Assembly: GCA_951406725.2 (NCBI GenBank)
Contig: OX597822.1
Span: 20,646,001-20,710,000, forward strand
Direction of reading: 5' to 3'
DNA: 64,000 nt
Source: Octopus vulgaris
Taxonomy: Eukaryota
Below are positions 39,248 to 51,768 of the stretch, one piece after another. Each line of letters opens with the position of its first letter. The stretch's first letter is position 1. The notes under the pieces were generated by a model. The model saw only the letters and a list, made by a program, of their open reading frames with translations, was not told the origin of the DNA and did no database searches. The translations under genes and the position numbers were made by a program.

Positions 39248-39435
39248 ATCATCGTTTAATGTCCATTTTCCATGCTGGAATAGGTTGAATGGTTCGACTG
39301 GGGCTGGGAAGCCAGGAGGCTGCACCAGGCTCCAGTCTGATCTGGCAGTGTTCCTACAGCTGGATGCCCTTCCTAACGCCAACCACCCTGAGAGTGTAGT
39401 GAGTGCTTTTTACGTGCCACTGGCACAGGGGCCAA
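39248..39435 (-). mobile_element. Family E repeat copy
   Basis: CTGGGAAGCCAGGAGGCTGCACCAGGCTCCAGTCTGATCTGGCAGTG is identical to 41468-41514. Confidence 0.85.
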
Positions 39436-39744
39436 TTTCCTGCCTAGTACTCATTTCAGATCCCCAGTTTATCTTTTCACTTTTCATTCTTTTCTTTCCT
39501 TCTATATTCCTTTCCTCTACCCCATCTCACTATCCTTCTCCTGGGCCTTCTCATTGTACCTTTGGAACACAAACACCACTATTTTCTTCCTTTGCATGTT
39601 AGTTTTTGTCATGTAGTGTCCCACATTTTGAAGTACTTGCAATTTGTATTTTTACTGCTTATTTTAGCTCTGCTTGATACATTTCCAAAATTAAACATTT
39701 TAATATTCAAAATATACTTCACATTATTATATATACTATGCATT

Positions 39745-40231
39745 AATGCAAAAAATATTGTGTTTTTTGACTATCTTCAAAATGATCACACCATCAATGG
39801 AAAATTTCAATACCAACTTCCTAAAGCAGTTATGAAAGGCTATCAAGACCAAACACCCAGAAAAACTGATGAATGGGGTCTTATTTCATTAGGACAATGC
39901 TTCAGCACACAAGTCCTTGGTTTCAATGGCTGCTGTGTGTGACTGGCTTTGAACTGGTTGATCATCCTCCCTATGTTAGTAATTTGGTTCCTTCTGGTTA
40001 TCATCTGTTTCCCAACGTAGAAAAACACTCAGCTGAGAACCAGTATCACTATGATGAGAACATCTTATCTGTTGTCGATGACCATTTTGATCAACAGAAA
40101 AGCTTCTTCCCCAGTGCGACCCAAGTACTGCAACTACTAATGGAAGTGTGTGGACAGTAAGAGGAACTATGTTAGAAAATGAACTTGAGAGTGTCTTGCT
40201 CAGATTATGAACATTTCAGCCGACCCTCATA
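39745..40231 (+). mobile_element. Mariner transposon 3' fragment
   Basis: FDYLQ..HTING, VLFH*DNASAH and GFELVDHPPY..NLVPSGYHLFPN. Ends with TIR-like GACCCTCATA. Confidence 0.85.
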
Positions 40232-40839
40232 ATAATAAAATTTATTATTATACCTGCATTTTTTTAAATGTTAACATTGGAAAAATCCACATTTTTCATT
40301 AAAAAATTAGGATCTAGTTTTGCGCCTCCTTAGCAAATTTTGTTGCTGGGCCACTGTGTGTGTGTGTGTGTGTGCATGCACATGCATTTGTGTATCCTAA
40401 CAGTCTTTTTATCTTTATTGATACCCATGTGTGTGATTTGAATCCTTTTTAATAGAAAGGTTATTTTGGTCCTTCTGACCTAATATTCAATACCTTATAG
40501 TTCTGAAACTGCCAAGTTATTTTTTCATTCCTTAAGGAGCATAAAAATTGATAAAATATCTTGGAGCATATTTCATCTTGTAAAACACAGACCATGTATC
40601 TGAAATATCAATCAATACTATAGATTTTACTATGTAGGGGGCTACACAAATAATTTTGTATTTCCTTTTCTTAGTTAGCAGATGCAGGAAGCATTTCAAA
40701 ATGTCAATATACATATGCATTATTAAAGCAAGTGTTTTGTAGCTGAATATTCTTCCTAATTCCTAAGTACTTAGCAAATATATTACACATATTCAACTCA
40801 GGAAAGTATGTTACTTGCACTGAGCCAATAATGAACTTC

Positions 40840-41070
40840 AAATTAGTTGTCTAATCTGCTAGAAATAGCACCCAAATCACCTCAACTATCTTAACTTAGA
40901 ATAAGGAAAGATATCACTAAAATAATATTGTAAAAAATGATTGATAGGCATTGATAGAAATAAAGAAATGAAACATTAATTTTCTACAAAAGAGGAATAG
41001 ACATGACCGAGGCACTTTTGGTCATAGATCTGCTTGATTAGAGTTGATCTAGGGCTAAACAACAATAGTA
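40840..41070 (+). mobile_element. SINE-like family D copy
   Basis: CTGCTAGAAATAGCA...GGTCATAGATCTGCTTGATTAGAGTTGATCTAGGGCTAAACAACAA. Confidence 0.55.
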
Positions 41071-41390
41071 CTTGCATTATAAGATAATGATTTGGTACCT
41101 ATAGAATCCCACCTCCTTGTCATTATAAGATAATGATTTGATATGGATAGAATCTCCCCTTTTGAAAATGTTCTTTTTTTTGTTGCTAAAACTGCACTTC
41201 CTATTAATTCTTATTGTTTTACTGACTGATACAGATGTGAAATTTCATTATAATGTATTACATCAGGGTAGCAGCCAAAAGTCCTTGACTTCATATTTCC
41301 CTAGGTGTTTATTTTAAGACAGCTCAAGATATAATTATACTGTCTCTGTTGATCTTACTACAGAATTTGTTTAACATTTTCTTTTAGCTT

Positions 41391-41765
41391 CATCATCATC
41401 ATCATCATCATCATCGTTTAACGTCCGTTTTTCATGCTAGCCCGGGTTGGATGGTTCGACCGGTGTCTGGGAAGCCAGGAGGCTGCACCAGGCTCCAGTC
41501 TGATCTGGCAGTGTTTCTACAGCTGGATGCCCTTTCTAATGCCAACCACTCTGTGAGTGTAGTGAGTGCTTTTTATGTGCCACCAGCACAGGTGCCAGGG
41601 GAGGCTGGCAGTGGCCACGATTGGCTGGTACTTTTTACCTGCCACCGGCACAGAAGCCAGTCAAGGCGGTGCTGGCATCGGCCATGTTCGGATGGTGCTT
41701 TTTATGTGCCACCAGCACAGGTATCACAACTACAATTTCCATTTGATATTTATTTTGATGTTGGC
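41391..41765 (-). mobile_element. Family E repeat copy with three internal repeats
   Basis: (CAT)n tail. The unit GTGCTTTTTATGTGCCACCAGCACAG occurs three times, one of them diverged. Confidence 0.85.
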
Positions 41766-42159
41766 ACAGCAGGTTACCCTAGATTTATTCAGGTAGATAT
41801 TTGATACACAGTAAAGGAATACATAAGAACTTTATACTATGTATCTAACATAAACTATGAGTCCATAGACAGTACAGTGGGATCTCAAGCAAGCTGACAG
41901 AGAAGGATTACATATATACCAGATGCACAGGAGTAGTTACCTGTAGGAGCAGCCTTAAAATAAATCTTTTAACTGCTCAGAAGGTTTGCATAAAACTGTT
42001 AACAGCTTCTGATACTGAGATGACCTAATTAGTAGTAGAGGTAGGTCTTCTGAAAGTATGGTAGCCAGAGTTAGAGCTGGGTAGAAAATGTTCAGGGATT
42101 TATTATCACTCTTGGCTACAGGGGGTTTCTCACTGTCAGTGAAGGGCAGATTATATGAT

Positions 42160-42570
42160 GCTTATGTACAAAGTGTTATATTTACACACTAGAAGACCAT
42201 AGGCATTGGATGCCAAGGATGTGCAAAGGCTGGAACAATTTAAGTGAGCATGCTCCATGAGTTGTGTAGTGTCAGTAAACATGAATGATGGAGCACATGT
42301 GAGCTGAGATAGAGAATGGAAATTAGAGGGATCCACCATGGTGTTCAAGAGAAAAAGCTATGCTGGTAAGGGCCTGTGGGGCATATAAAAGATGGTAGAT
42401 TAATAAAAAAAAAAAGGTCAAACAATTCAAGGAACTTATGGAAGAAGACAAAAAAAAGATATAGGAAGAAATGGGTAAGGCAGATCTCAAGATACTGAAC
42501 CTCATGAAAGAGATAACAAGTAACTGCAACATGTGGTGGAGATGCTCTGATAAAAATAGAACCATGTCAG
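42160..42570 (+). mobile_element. RTE LINE 3' fragment, decayed
   Basis: ALDAKDVQRLE, ELR..MEIRGI and KADLKILNL are remnants of an RTE ORF C-terminus. Confidence 0.6.
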
Positions 42571-43208
42571 TATGAAAGCTAAATGAAAATTCTAATAGTT
42601 ACATTTGTGACTCCTTTCCTCACTGGCACAACAAGCTAGGCTTTTGCTTCACTACCACTAAACTTTGAGGTTGCATAAAGTAATGAATCATGATTTTGAC
42701 ATTAGTAAATAACATCATGGTCTTGAAATAAAGGAAATAGATAATCCATAAATATTAACTGAGTGATTCCTAATTTCCCCTGTAGTACTCTGCCATCAAA
42801 TATAACTTCATTCACGCAAGTTACATTTTTCTGGTATAGATGTTACTAGAAAATGGCTTTAGGCAGTCGGAAGGAAAATCTATAAGCAATTTCATTTTTT
42901 CTTCTTCAGCAGCAGATCCACTTATCCATATAGGACTGTAGGAGATCTATAATTCTATGGTAAAAGAAGGGACACAACAAAAAAATAAAGATTTGTTCAA
43001 TAAAAACCTAACATTATGTTCTGTTATTATTAGCAGCTTCTTCTTATTATTTGTGAATGACAATACAATTACCTTCATAGATAAATAAGTACAGACACAA
43101 ACACACAAACAAATATATACATATATATATATATATATACACCTAAATAAATAAATATATATATGTATACATATTTATATATGTATATACACACACATAT
43201 ATATAATA

Positions 43209-44088
43209 GTATCAAAATGTTCTCAGACTAGTTCTGTGGCGGACCAACAGATAACAGCATACAGTTGCGTGAGCAGTGAGAGCTAGCAGTGACATTCATG
43301 AGGCAGTGTCAAGTGACATTGCTGTGTTTACTTTGCAAGTTGTGAAATTTGTGGTTTTACGATCATGTGTATGCTGCAGTCTGGGATTTTTGTCATGGAC
43401 AAGATGTTGGAATAAAGAGCCAATGTGAAATTTTGCATTAAACTTGGGAAGTCTACTACAGAGATATTCAACATGCTTCAACAAGCTTACAGTGATGAGA
43501 CAATGGGTTGTATGCAATGTTTCAGGTGCATGACAGCTGCAGCTCACTCAAGAGCATGCTCATTGGCCTTTTTGACATCCACAGTATTGCACATCAAATA
43601 TTTGTCCCTCAGGACCAGGCCATCAATCGAGAGATCTACTATGTTTAGAAGCATTTCAGGGAAGACATTTGCAAAAAGGGACTGGATCTGTGGAGTGCAA
43701 AGAAATAGGGTGTTCACAATGACAATGCACCCTGATCTCTACTCACTTATAAGCTTCTTGCAAAAAACATGTTACCACTTCTGCACCCACCTATTAACCA
43801 GATTTAGCACCTGCAGTCTTCCATATCATACCCAAGAGGAAAATGCAGTTCAAAGGTCGCCCGTTTTAACACCATTGTTTCGATGAAGAGTGAATCGCAA
43901 AAGGCTGGCGATTTGTCTATGGAATGTGATTTTCAGGCTGGATACCAAAAGTGGCAGAAATGCCTTTACTGATGTATTGCTGCTCAAAGTGACCATTTTG
44001 AAGAAGATTATGTTAAAACTTATGTAAATGCATTATTTTTTATTTATTAAACATAATTAGTTCCCGAAATTTTTGATACCACATCATG
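43209..44088 (+). mobile_element. Internally deleted mariner element
   Basis: TIRs GTATCAAAATGTTCTCAGACTAGT / ATTAGTTCCCGAAATTTTTGATAC. RANVKFCIKLGKSTTEIFNMLQQAY N-terminus, HNDNAP, and a degenerate HPP..PDLAP. Confidence 0.88.
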
Positions 44089-44100
44089 TGCATATATATG

Positions 44101-44157
<57 letters not shown>

Positions 44158-44199
44158 AAATAAACATATACATGGGCGTGCTGTAGGTAGATCCTCATT

Positions 44200-46980
44200 C
44201 ATTTACACAGTAAGTTTCCCAATCTGGCCCAAGTAATTTTCCTTACTGATTGAGCATGTTTTGCAATATCTGAAGTTTCTTGTTTTGCAGTTCATGTCTG
44301 TGTTTATCCTGAATGAGTTTTTGAGTTCTAATTTTATGTCGTAACCAGTTTCCAAGTGGTTGTAATATTTTTTCACTACTGCATATTCCACATTTACTGT
44401 AGTCAAAAGATTTTATAAAAAATTCTGTGTTATTTTCTGAACTGAATTTTGCCCATGTGAGGCATTTCTTGCCATTGATGATTAGACTTTCATGGATCAA
44501 AACCTTCCCTTTTGTGCTTTAGAAAAAGATCAGGTAGGTTTGCTTTGATGGAAGTAGATATCTTTGATAATCCGGAATTAAAAATGTTGGCAAATGGGAT
44601 TAAATTCCTTTTATCTTTTTGTTTTGATGTCCGAAGTTGAAATATATCTAACTTCTTTCCTTTTTTAATATCCCATTGTGTAATAGTTTTAGGGATATAT
44701 TTTTGTAGTTTTAGAAAGCCTTTCAGTTCTTTTAGTCATGTTCATCTAGTTTTAGATTGACCACAATTGCACATATGCACCTTGTTATACAATGAGATAT
44801 TTCATTTGATGTGTGATTTATGACATGCGAAAACACTCCAATATTGGTGTATATCCATTTTTTTACAGAATATCCATGTTGTGGTCTTGATATCATATGA
44901 TTTTATGAAAATATACAAGAGTGATAGTGCTTTTCCACCTGTTTCCATTTCAGATTTAATAGATATATGGAGGGTGTTTAAAATGTAAACATATATAATT
45001 CATCTTTTGATCCCACTTGAATTGACACTTTGAATCGACACTAATAATAAAACAGTCATTGAGAATACAACAATATTCAATGACGTAATATTTAAAGTTT
45101 TGATTAAATTTCATGAATGCCATTATTAAATTCTATAATTTACATACATTTGCACCCATTGATGTTCCTTTAATCTGTCTGTATGTTATTCCATTGATGT
45201 TGAATGTGTTTTCCAGTACTAATTGAAGAGTTTTGATGATGAAGTCTGTTTTAGAAGCATTCATTTATAATGCCTATTTGTTTTCTGTTAAGCCTAATGC
45301 CTGTAGTATAAAGGCTTGTTGCATCAAAGCTTGTTAAATCTATGCCTTTTGGGACTGTTGATGGGATGCATTTAAGAAAATTTGTTTTGTTTCATATGTA
45401 ACTTTGCCCTTTGGGTATAAGCCTATAAAGTGACTCAGATGTTGTGTTGGGGATTGTGATCCCACCACCATTGGTCTCAGTTTTAGATCAGCTGGCCTCA
45501 GTATTTCTTTGTAGCGATTATTTTGCTCATTAATAGTTCTCTGTATTTTTAAGCTTTTATAAATCTGGTAATTCATAGAAGTAACTTTCCTTTATTTTGA
45601 AATTGCATAAGTAATCAATTTCTTTATCCATGAAGGATTCTGAGTATTGATCGATTGGTGATTTAATTTTCTTTATAGTTGTTCACTTTAGATTCTTCCT
45701 TATTATAATTTCCTCTGTTAATTGTTCTAATACTTTCCTTTTGTAAAAGTCTTTATCTATATTAATAATTACTCTGCCTTTAGCATCTTCTTTTAAAATA
45801 ATTCAATTGTCACTTTTCAATGTCTGTAGAGCTTTCTATTCTTTTTAAAGGATTTTGTTTGTATTTACGGGTAGTACTGGAGATTCTTAATATAATGTCA
45901 ATATAAATGCCTAAATGTCCCTCTACTCCCCTTTGTGGAATGAAGTTGGATTTATTCTTGATAACAAAATAGTCATCTTCATTTCCTATTGTTGAAAAAT
46001 TGTCAGGTAAAGGCATTGGTTAATGTTTTGCATGTTTTTTTTTAGTTTGGTTATATTTGAGAGTTATGTAGTAGCAAATTTGAATTATGTTGTTTAAATT
46101 TCATTTAGGTAAATTTATGGATTTTATGTCAGTAATTTCTATTAGATATTTTTAGTTTCTTTGATTTATCCAGACTGGTATCTGCCTGAGATAAGTTCTT
46201 AAAAATGAGCTTGCAGTATTGTATTTTTTGTTGCTAACATTTCTGTTCTATTTGTAACTTTCTGAGCTGCCCATGTTATCTATATGTGCTGCATCTATTT
46301 TGTCCACCTCTTCTTTCTGCCCTTCTATGCATATTAATCCATTCATGACTTTTGGTATTATTAGTTGTACATTGTTTTCCCTATCTTCTGCATTTGTTGC
46401 TAGGACTTCCGATCTATTAGTAACTTTCTGAGCTGTCCATGTTATCTGTATGTGCTGCATCTATTTTGTCCACCTCTTCATTCTACCCTTCTTTGCATAT
46501 TAATCCATCATTGATTTTTGGTATTATCAGTTGTACATTGTTTTCCATATCTTCTGCATTTGTTTGTTGGGGTAACGTGTTTTGACTTTGCAGTGTATGT
46601 TTCCTGTTTGAGTTTGAGGTGTTCTTTTGTATGTTCCCACATATACATTTGATAGCTTAATTTCTTTGTCCAGTTTTATTATTTATTATGTTTTTTTTGT
46701 AATATGTTTCTGTGCTTTTCATTGATTTACCTTTGTTTTTCATATTTTTACACTTGGTATAGTTTTCTGTGTGATGTCTTCTCCATAGTTTCTTTCTTAA
46801 TCATCAAACAAAGTTGCTACCTTCTCTAAAATTTGTAGCTTTATTTTTATTTATGTTTGTGCTTTATATCTTGTTTTTACAATTGTTGGAGTTTTTCCTG
46901 AATTCAAGTATTGTTTTCCTTGGAAATTTTTACAAGAAAAGAGGAAAGTATTGCTTTAGATTTTTCTTTTTATCATGCTT
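44200..46980 (-). mobile_element. Penelope-like retroelement relic (RT + GIY-YIG)
   Basis: LKLRPMVVG..SPTQHLS (45340..45576), TFNINGITYRQIKGTSMG (about 45155-45215), NDCFII (about 45045-45062), and GIY-YIG-like MNCKTRNFRYCKTC...ENYLGQ (44203..44406). Confidence 0.88.
46247..46565. repeat. 166-bp period tandem duplication within the Penelope N-terminal region
   Basis: GTAACTTTCTGAGCTG starts at 46254 and 46420. The units remain highly similar through TCTTCTGCATTTGTT. Confidence 0.9.
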
Positions 46981-47489
46981 TACATACTTATAGAGGAGAA
47001 ATTCCTGAATCTAGATGGCATATTGTTTATCTGATTAGGTCCTTTTCATATAAGTCTCATGATAAGTGAGAGAGAGAAGGTAATTAAAGTGAGAGAGAAT
47101 GTGTAGTTTTGGTGAAATTGCCAAATAAATATAATTGCATCCTTAGATCCATCAGAAGCACTGTGCCATGACCAGGGGAGAACATTTGCCATCCTTAGTC
47201 ACACCAGCAGGATAGAAGAGTGAGATTCAGAATGGGAGGGAGTAGTTGAGAGATGAGCAATAGTAACTTGTGCACAAGATGCATTAGAGATAAAGGTACA
47301 GGTGGCAGAGGAATGGGTAAGAATGGTATAGGTGATAGACAAACAAGTGATAAAGGGATGAGTAATGGGGGTGAGTGCTAGTAGTGCTGAAGGGAAAACA
47401 ACCTATTAAAAAGCTTGATGATTAGACTTGACAATACACACACACATACTCAATTTTAGCTAATGGTTTGCCATATCTAGAGAGATGAA

Positions 47490-47660
47490 TGGGTCTTCTC
47501 CCTCACAGCATGTTGCCAACTAATGTAGTCCTTTGTCATCTCCTCTGAGATGGCAACAACTTCCGATCTCTCCTCACTGCTTAACCCAAGTATTCTTCAG
47601 TTTCCCTCTTTCACATGTCCATTCACTTTGAATATAATGGTATCGTTTTATACACCTGAC
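47490..47660 (-). mobile_element. RTE LINE 3'-end fragment
   Basis: Minus-strand KVNG...SEEMTKD remnant, typical of RTE C-termini. Confidence 0.45.
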
Positions 47661-47714
47661 CTCCTAAGTTCTTCTTTCTTATTTATACTTCACATTATAT
47701 CTGCCAGTGGTATA

Positions 47715-47902
47715 CAACAAACTTGACTTTTCCTTCATCTTATTTGCTTCTCTGGTAATAGATTCTCATTTTCCATTTAGCTTCACAATTCATCTGTTGT
47801 GAGGCCAGTTAGAAATTTCCAGAGAGATAGTAAACATGTAATTACTGACTTCCCTTGCCTTTGCTTAGTCTTTCTTTATTAGCATTGTCCTTCCTTTTGT
47901 CT
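47715..47902 (-). mobile_element. Old R4/Dong-type RT fragment
   Basis: Decayed KGRTMLIKKD..KG and ENLLPEKQ motifs, homologous to TKGKTILIPK...NLIPEEQKG. Confidence 0.6.
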
Positions 47903-47937
47903 ATCATTATTATTATCATCATCATCATCATTATTAT

Positions 47938-48562
47938 ATGATGAAAACTCACAGCTTATTTTGCTAGGCATGATGGAAAGGGTAATATTTTACTAGTTGA
48001 GTGCTGATACTTCCAAGTACACCAATTACTTTTGGTATCATGTCTACTCTCCTCATTGACCACAAACTTCATATTTCCCTCTTCAAGTTATCATAGTTGT
48101 TTATTTTTTTCTTATTTTTTTCTCTTTGATCCTGTTGTTACTGGGACATGCTATGTCGATTATCATGCATGTTCTTTCTTTTTTATTCACCACAACAATG
48201 TCTGGTTTCCAAAGTCTGATCAGGTGATCGCACTGAATCATTGCATCCCACAGGATTTTGCTATTCTCGTTCTTGGTGACTCCTGGGGTTTGCTCATACC
48301 ATATCTTTGTTCTTTATAAGCCATGACTTCCATAGACCTCCCAATGGATCATTCTTGCTACATTGTCATGTCATCTTTTGTATTCATGTTGTGTCAATTT
48401 TGGGCATTTGCTAATGATGTGCCATACCATTTCACCCCTCCCACCATACATTCTGCATTTGTCACTGTTGGTAATGTTGTCTATTCTGCACTCCTTCTCA
48501 TCCATAGCCAATACTCTTCTGTATCTGTCTTGGCATTCATATCTCTTGCAAACTTTCCATAC
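47938..48562 (-). mobile_element. Old R4/Dong-type 3' fragment (zinc knuckle + RLE)
   Basis: DKCRM...HIISKCPKL..HEYKR*HDNVARMIHW...WYEQTP...KILWD...KPDIVV...IIDIACP. Confidence 0.88.
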
Positions 48563-48597
48563 ACTTTATTATTATTATTATTATCGTCATGATAATG

Positions 48598-48648
<51 letters not shown>

Positions 48649-48743
48649 TAGTTTTATTTTTTATAGCGTGCTTTCACTTCACTACCGAGCGCAGCTCTGT
48701 GTGCCTTGGGTATGTGCTGTGATTTGTTGTGATGCTCTGATGG

Positions 48744-49557
48744 TTATTGTATGGAAAGTGTTCTGCGTAGGATGTGTGCAGTACCTAGTAGTGCAATTTT
48801 CTGTATGTTATATGTGTTTGTAAGTCCTGGTGTTTTTGTTATGTATTTGTCTGAATATTTTTTTATCATGCCTAATGCACCTACTATGATAGGAATTGTT
48901 TCTGTTTTTAGAGTCCACATTCTGGTTACCTCCATTTTCAGGTCTTTGTATTTTGAAAGTTTCTCCATTTCTTTTAGAGACACGTTGTCATCTGCCGGTA
49001 TTGATATATCAATTAGAAAGCATTTTTTTCTTCATGATCTCTGACAACTATATCTGGTCTGTTGGCCTTAATTTCTCTATCTGTGTGTATCGGCATATCC
49101 CAAAGTATGGTTGCTTTCTCGTTTTCTGTGACCTTTTCTGGTGTGTGCCTATACCATCTTTTTTCTGTTGTTATTCCATAATGTTGGCATAGCTTCCAGT
49201 GTATGTAGGTTCCAACTCTGTCATGTCTGTGAATATATTCCTTCTTAGCCAGGACTGGGCAGCCAGAGATAATATGATTTATTATTTTTGTCCATCTCCA
49301 CATATTCTGCAGTTACTTGTTATATTTCTTTTCATTACATGTTTTTGGTAATTTCTGGTGGGGAGGCTTTGGTCTTGTGCTGCAATTAAAAATCCCTCTG
49401 TCTCTGCTTTGAGTCCTGAGCTTCTCAACCATTGCTGGGATTTTTCTTTGTCTATTTCTTTTGCATTTAGTTTAGTCCAGTATTTACCGTGAAGGGGTTT
49501 TTCTTGCAATCGTTTTATCATGGTTTTTTGCTGTTCTAGTTTTAGTTTGGATTTCAT
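48744..49557 (-). pseudogene. Zinc-knuckle/RLE endonuclease portion of the R4/Dong ORF (frameshifted)
   Basis: ORF pieces 49282..49557, 49013..49303 and 48744..48983 (AAQDQSL, CRIC, RHD, RPD, KxxKY, IIVGALG). Confidence 0.9.
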
Positions 49558-50055
49558 TTGTTTTATAGCTTTTGTTGTTTCTTCATCTTCTTCTTCTTAT
49601 TATTATTATTTGTTAGGTGGTATGATTTCTTGTTTGTATTTGTCAGCTTCCTTAAATACTGAGAACAGTTTTTTGTTTTGCTCGTGTTTTGCCGCTATTT
49701 GTATCAGTTTTCCTTCCTTCTGAAGTAGATATTTTTGCAGTCCTATGGTGGTTATTTTATAGTAGTTTTCCAGCTGTATAAGGCCTCTGCCACCTTCTAT
49801 ACGTTGTATATATAGTCTTTCTATGTCAGATTTTGGGTGATGCATCCTAGACCCTGTCATTATTTTTCTTGTTTTCCTATCTATTTTGGTCAGTTCATTT
49901 AGTGTCCAGTTAAGGATATTGTAGCTGTAACTTATAACTGGGACAGCTAAAGTGTTAATACCTATTATCTTGTATTGATCTAACTCGTCTATAATATTCT
50001 TTTTTATTTTCTCTTTCATTTGTGTGTGTTGTGTCTTATCTAGTTCATGGATTCC

Positions 50056-50943
50056 TTAGTATTTGTAAGTTTGGCTTTGGTCTAATTCTTTTATTTCATT
50101 GGTTTTATCTAGTGTGATGTTGCTACTCTTAACTAGTTTTCCTCTTTTCATGGTTACTTTGGCGCATTTTTCTAATCCAAATTTCATATCTATTTCTTTG
50201 GTAAATCCATGAACTGTCTTTAATAGTGTTTCCAGCTGTTTGTCATTTGCAGCGTATAGTTTTAGGTCATCCATATATAAAAGGTGGCTGATCATTTTGC
50301 CGTAACATTTATATCCGCATCCAGTTCTATTTAGCATATCAGATAGAGGTGACAGTGCCAAGCAGAAAAGGAGTGGAGAGAGCGTGTCTCCCTGGAATAT
50401 TCCTTTTCTAATGGGGATGGCTTTGGTTTTCATGAGTCCCTCTTTTGTTTGGAGCTGTAGCACTGTTTGCCATTTATTCATAGAGTGCTCAATGAATTTT
50501 ATAATTGTTGGTGCTACTTTGTTAATGGCTAGTGTTTCAAGGATCCATGTGTGGGGGATGCTATCAAACACCTTTTTGTAGTCGATCCAGGCCATACTGA
50601 GGCCTTTCTTCTTTCTGTGGCTGTCTTCAGTTATGGCTTTATTGATCATTAGTTGATCTTTACAGCCGTATGAGCCTTTGCGGCATCCTTTCTGCTCTTC
50701 TGGAATCAGGTTGTTTTCGTCTAGGTGCTTGTTCAACCTTTGCGATATCACTGCAGTAAATGCCTTGTATATCGTAGGGAGACAGGTTATTGGTCTGTAG
50801 TTTTCTGGTTTAGCTGTCTCATTTGATTTGGGAATTAAGATGGTTTTCCCCTTCGTGAGCCATTCAGGCATTGTCTCTGGCTCTGCTAGTATGTTGTTAA
50901 AATTTTCAGCCAGCTTTTTGTGCATTCCTGTTAGATATTTCAA
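50056..50943 (-). pseudogene. Reverse transcriptase domain of the R4/Dong LINE (largest intact segment of a frameshifted ORF)
   Basis: 295-aa ORF with the full RT motif set including YMDD. Neighbouring segments are separated by frameshifts and stops. Confidence 0.92.
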
Positions 50944-51681
50944 CCAGAAGTTGGGGATCTTGTCATGCCCAGGTGCCTTCCAGTTGCTTAGTCTTTGCAG
51001 TGCCTGGGTGACCTCTTCAGTTGTTATTGGGGGTCCAAAGTTGCTCAGATGCTGAGTTTGTTATTTTAAAATTCTTTTTTGGTTGTTCGTTCGCCAACCA
51101 TATTTCTCTCCAGAATTCTTCCACTTCTTCTGCCGTTGGTGCTGCAGTGATTTCTATTTTATTTTTGCCAAGTTCTTGGTAGAACTTTTTGGGGTTGGAG
51201 TTGAACTTTTTGTTTTGTTCAAAGAAGCGCTGGCGTTTCTCGTACCGGCGGATCCTTTGTGCTTTGGCAAGGATATCTTGCTTTAGCTTTTCTTTTATCT
51301 CAGGTAAATCTTTTTGTGTGATGTTGTATTTGCGGAGTATTTTTGTTTTCTTTTTGTTGCTCAGTAGCGTTGATTGTCTACTGATTTTATTAAGAATTGA
51401 CAGATCTTTTCTTATTTTTTGTATTTTGTTTTGGATGTTATTTATCCACAGGGTTTGTTTGGGCGGTGGTATTCCTGTTTGGACAGGTTTGAGTGGGTAT
51501 CCAGCTTCTTTTGAGGCTGCAGTGGCTGCTGCGTATACTAAGTTATTTAGCTCAATGATATCGCTTTTTGTTTCAGTGGCTATTAGTTCCGTGACGGCTA
51601 GGTTAATGCTGTTTATAATTGGTATTGTTGTTTCGTCTATTTTGATTTTTGGGAGGTATGGTCGGTGGTCCATTTTGAGTC

Positions 51682-51749
<68 letters not shown>

Positions 51750-51768
51750 GCAGCAGCAGCAGCAGCAG

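Larger units (their letters stand above)
48646..51682 (-). mobile_element. R4/Dong-clade non-LTR retrotransposon (RT + CCHC + restriction-like endonuclease), 5'-truncated, flanked by (TAA)n
   Basis: RT motifs NYRPITCL, AWIDYKK, GIFQGDTLSP, LYMDDL. CRIC..HIISGC, RHD, RPDIVV and EKLSKY RLE motifs. The 3' UTR ends in (TAA)n at 48645, and a (TAA)n tract abuts the 5' end at 51683. Confidence 0.95.

Noticed and set aside
49181-49194. 14-nt match to the 3' part of miR-31
   Set aside because: It lacks the seed and a hairpin, and lies within LINE coding sequence.
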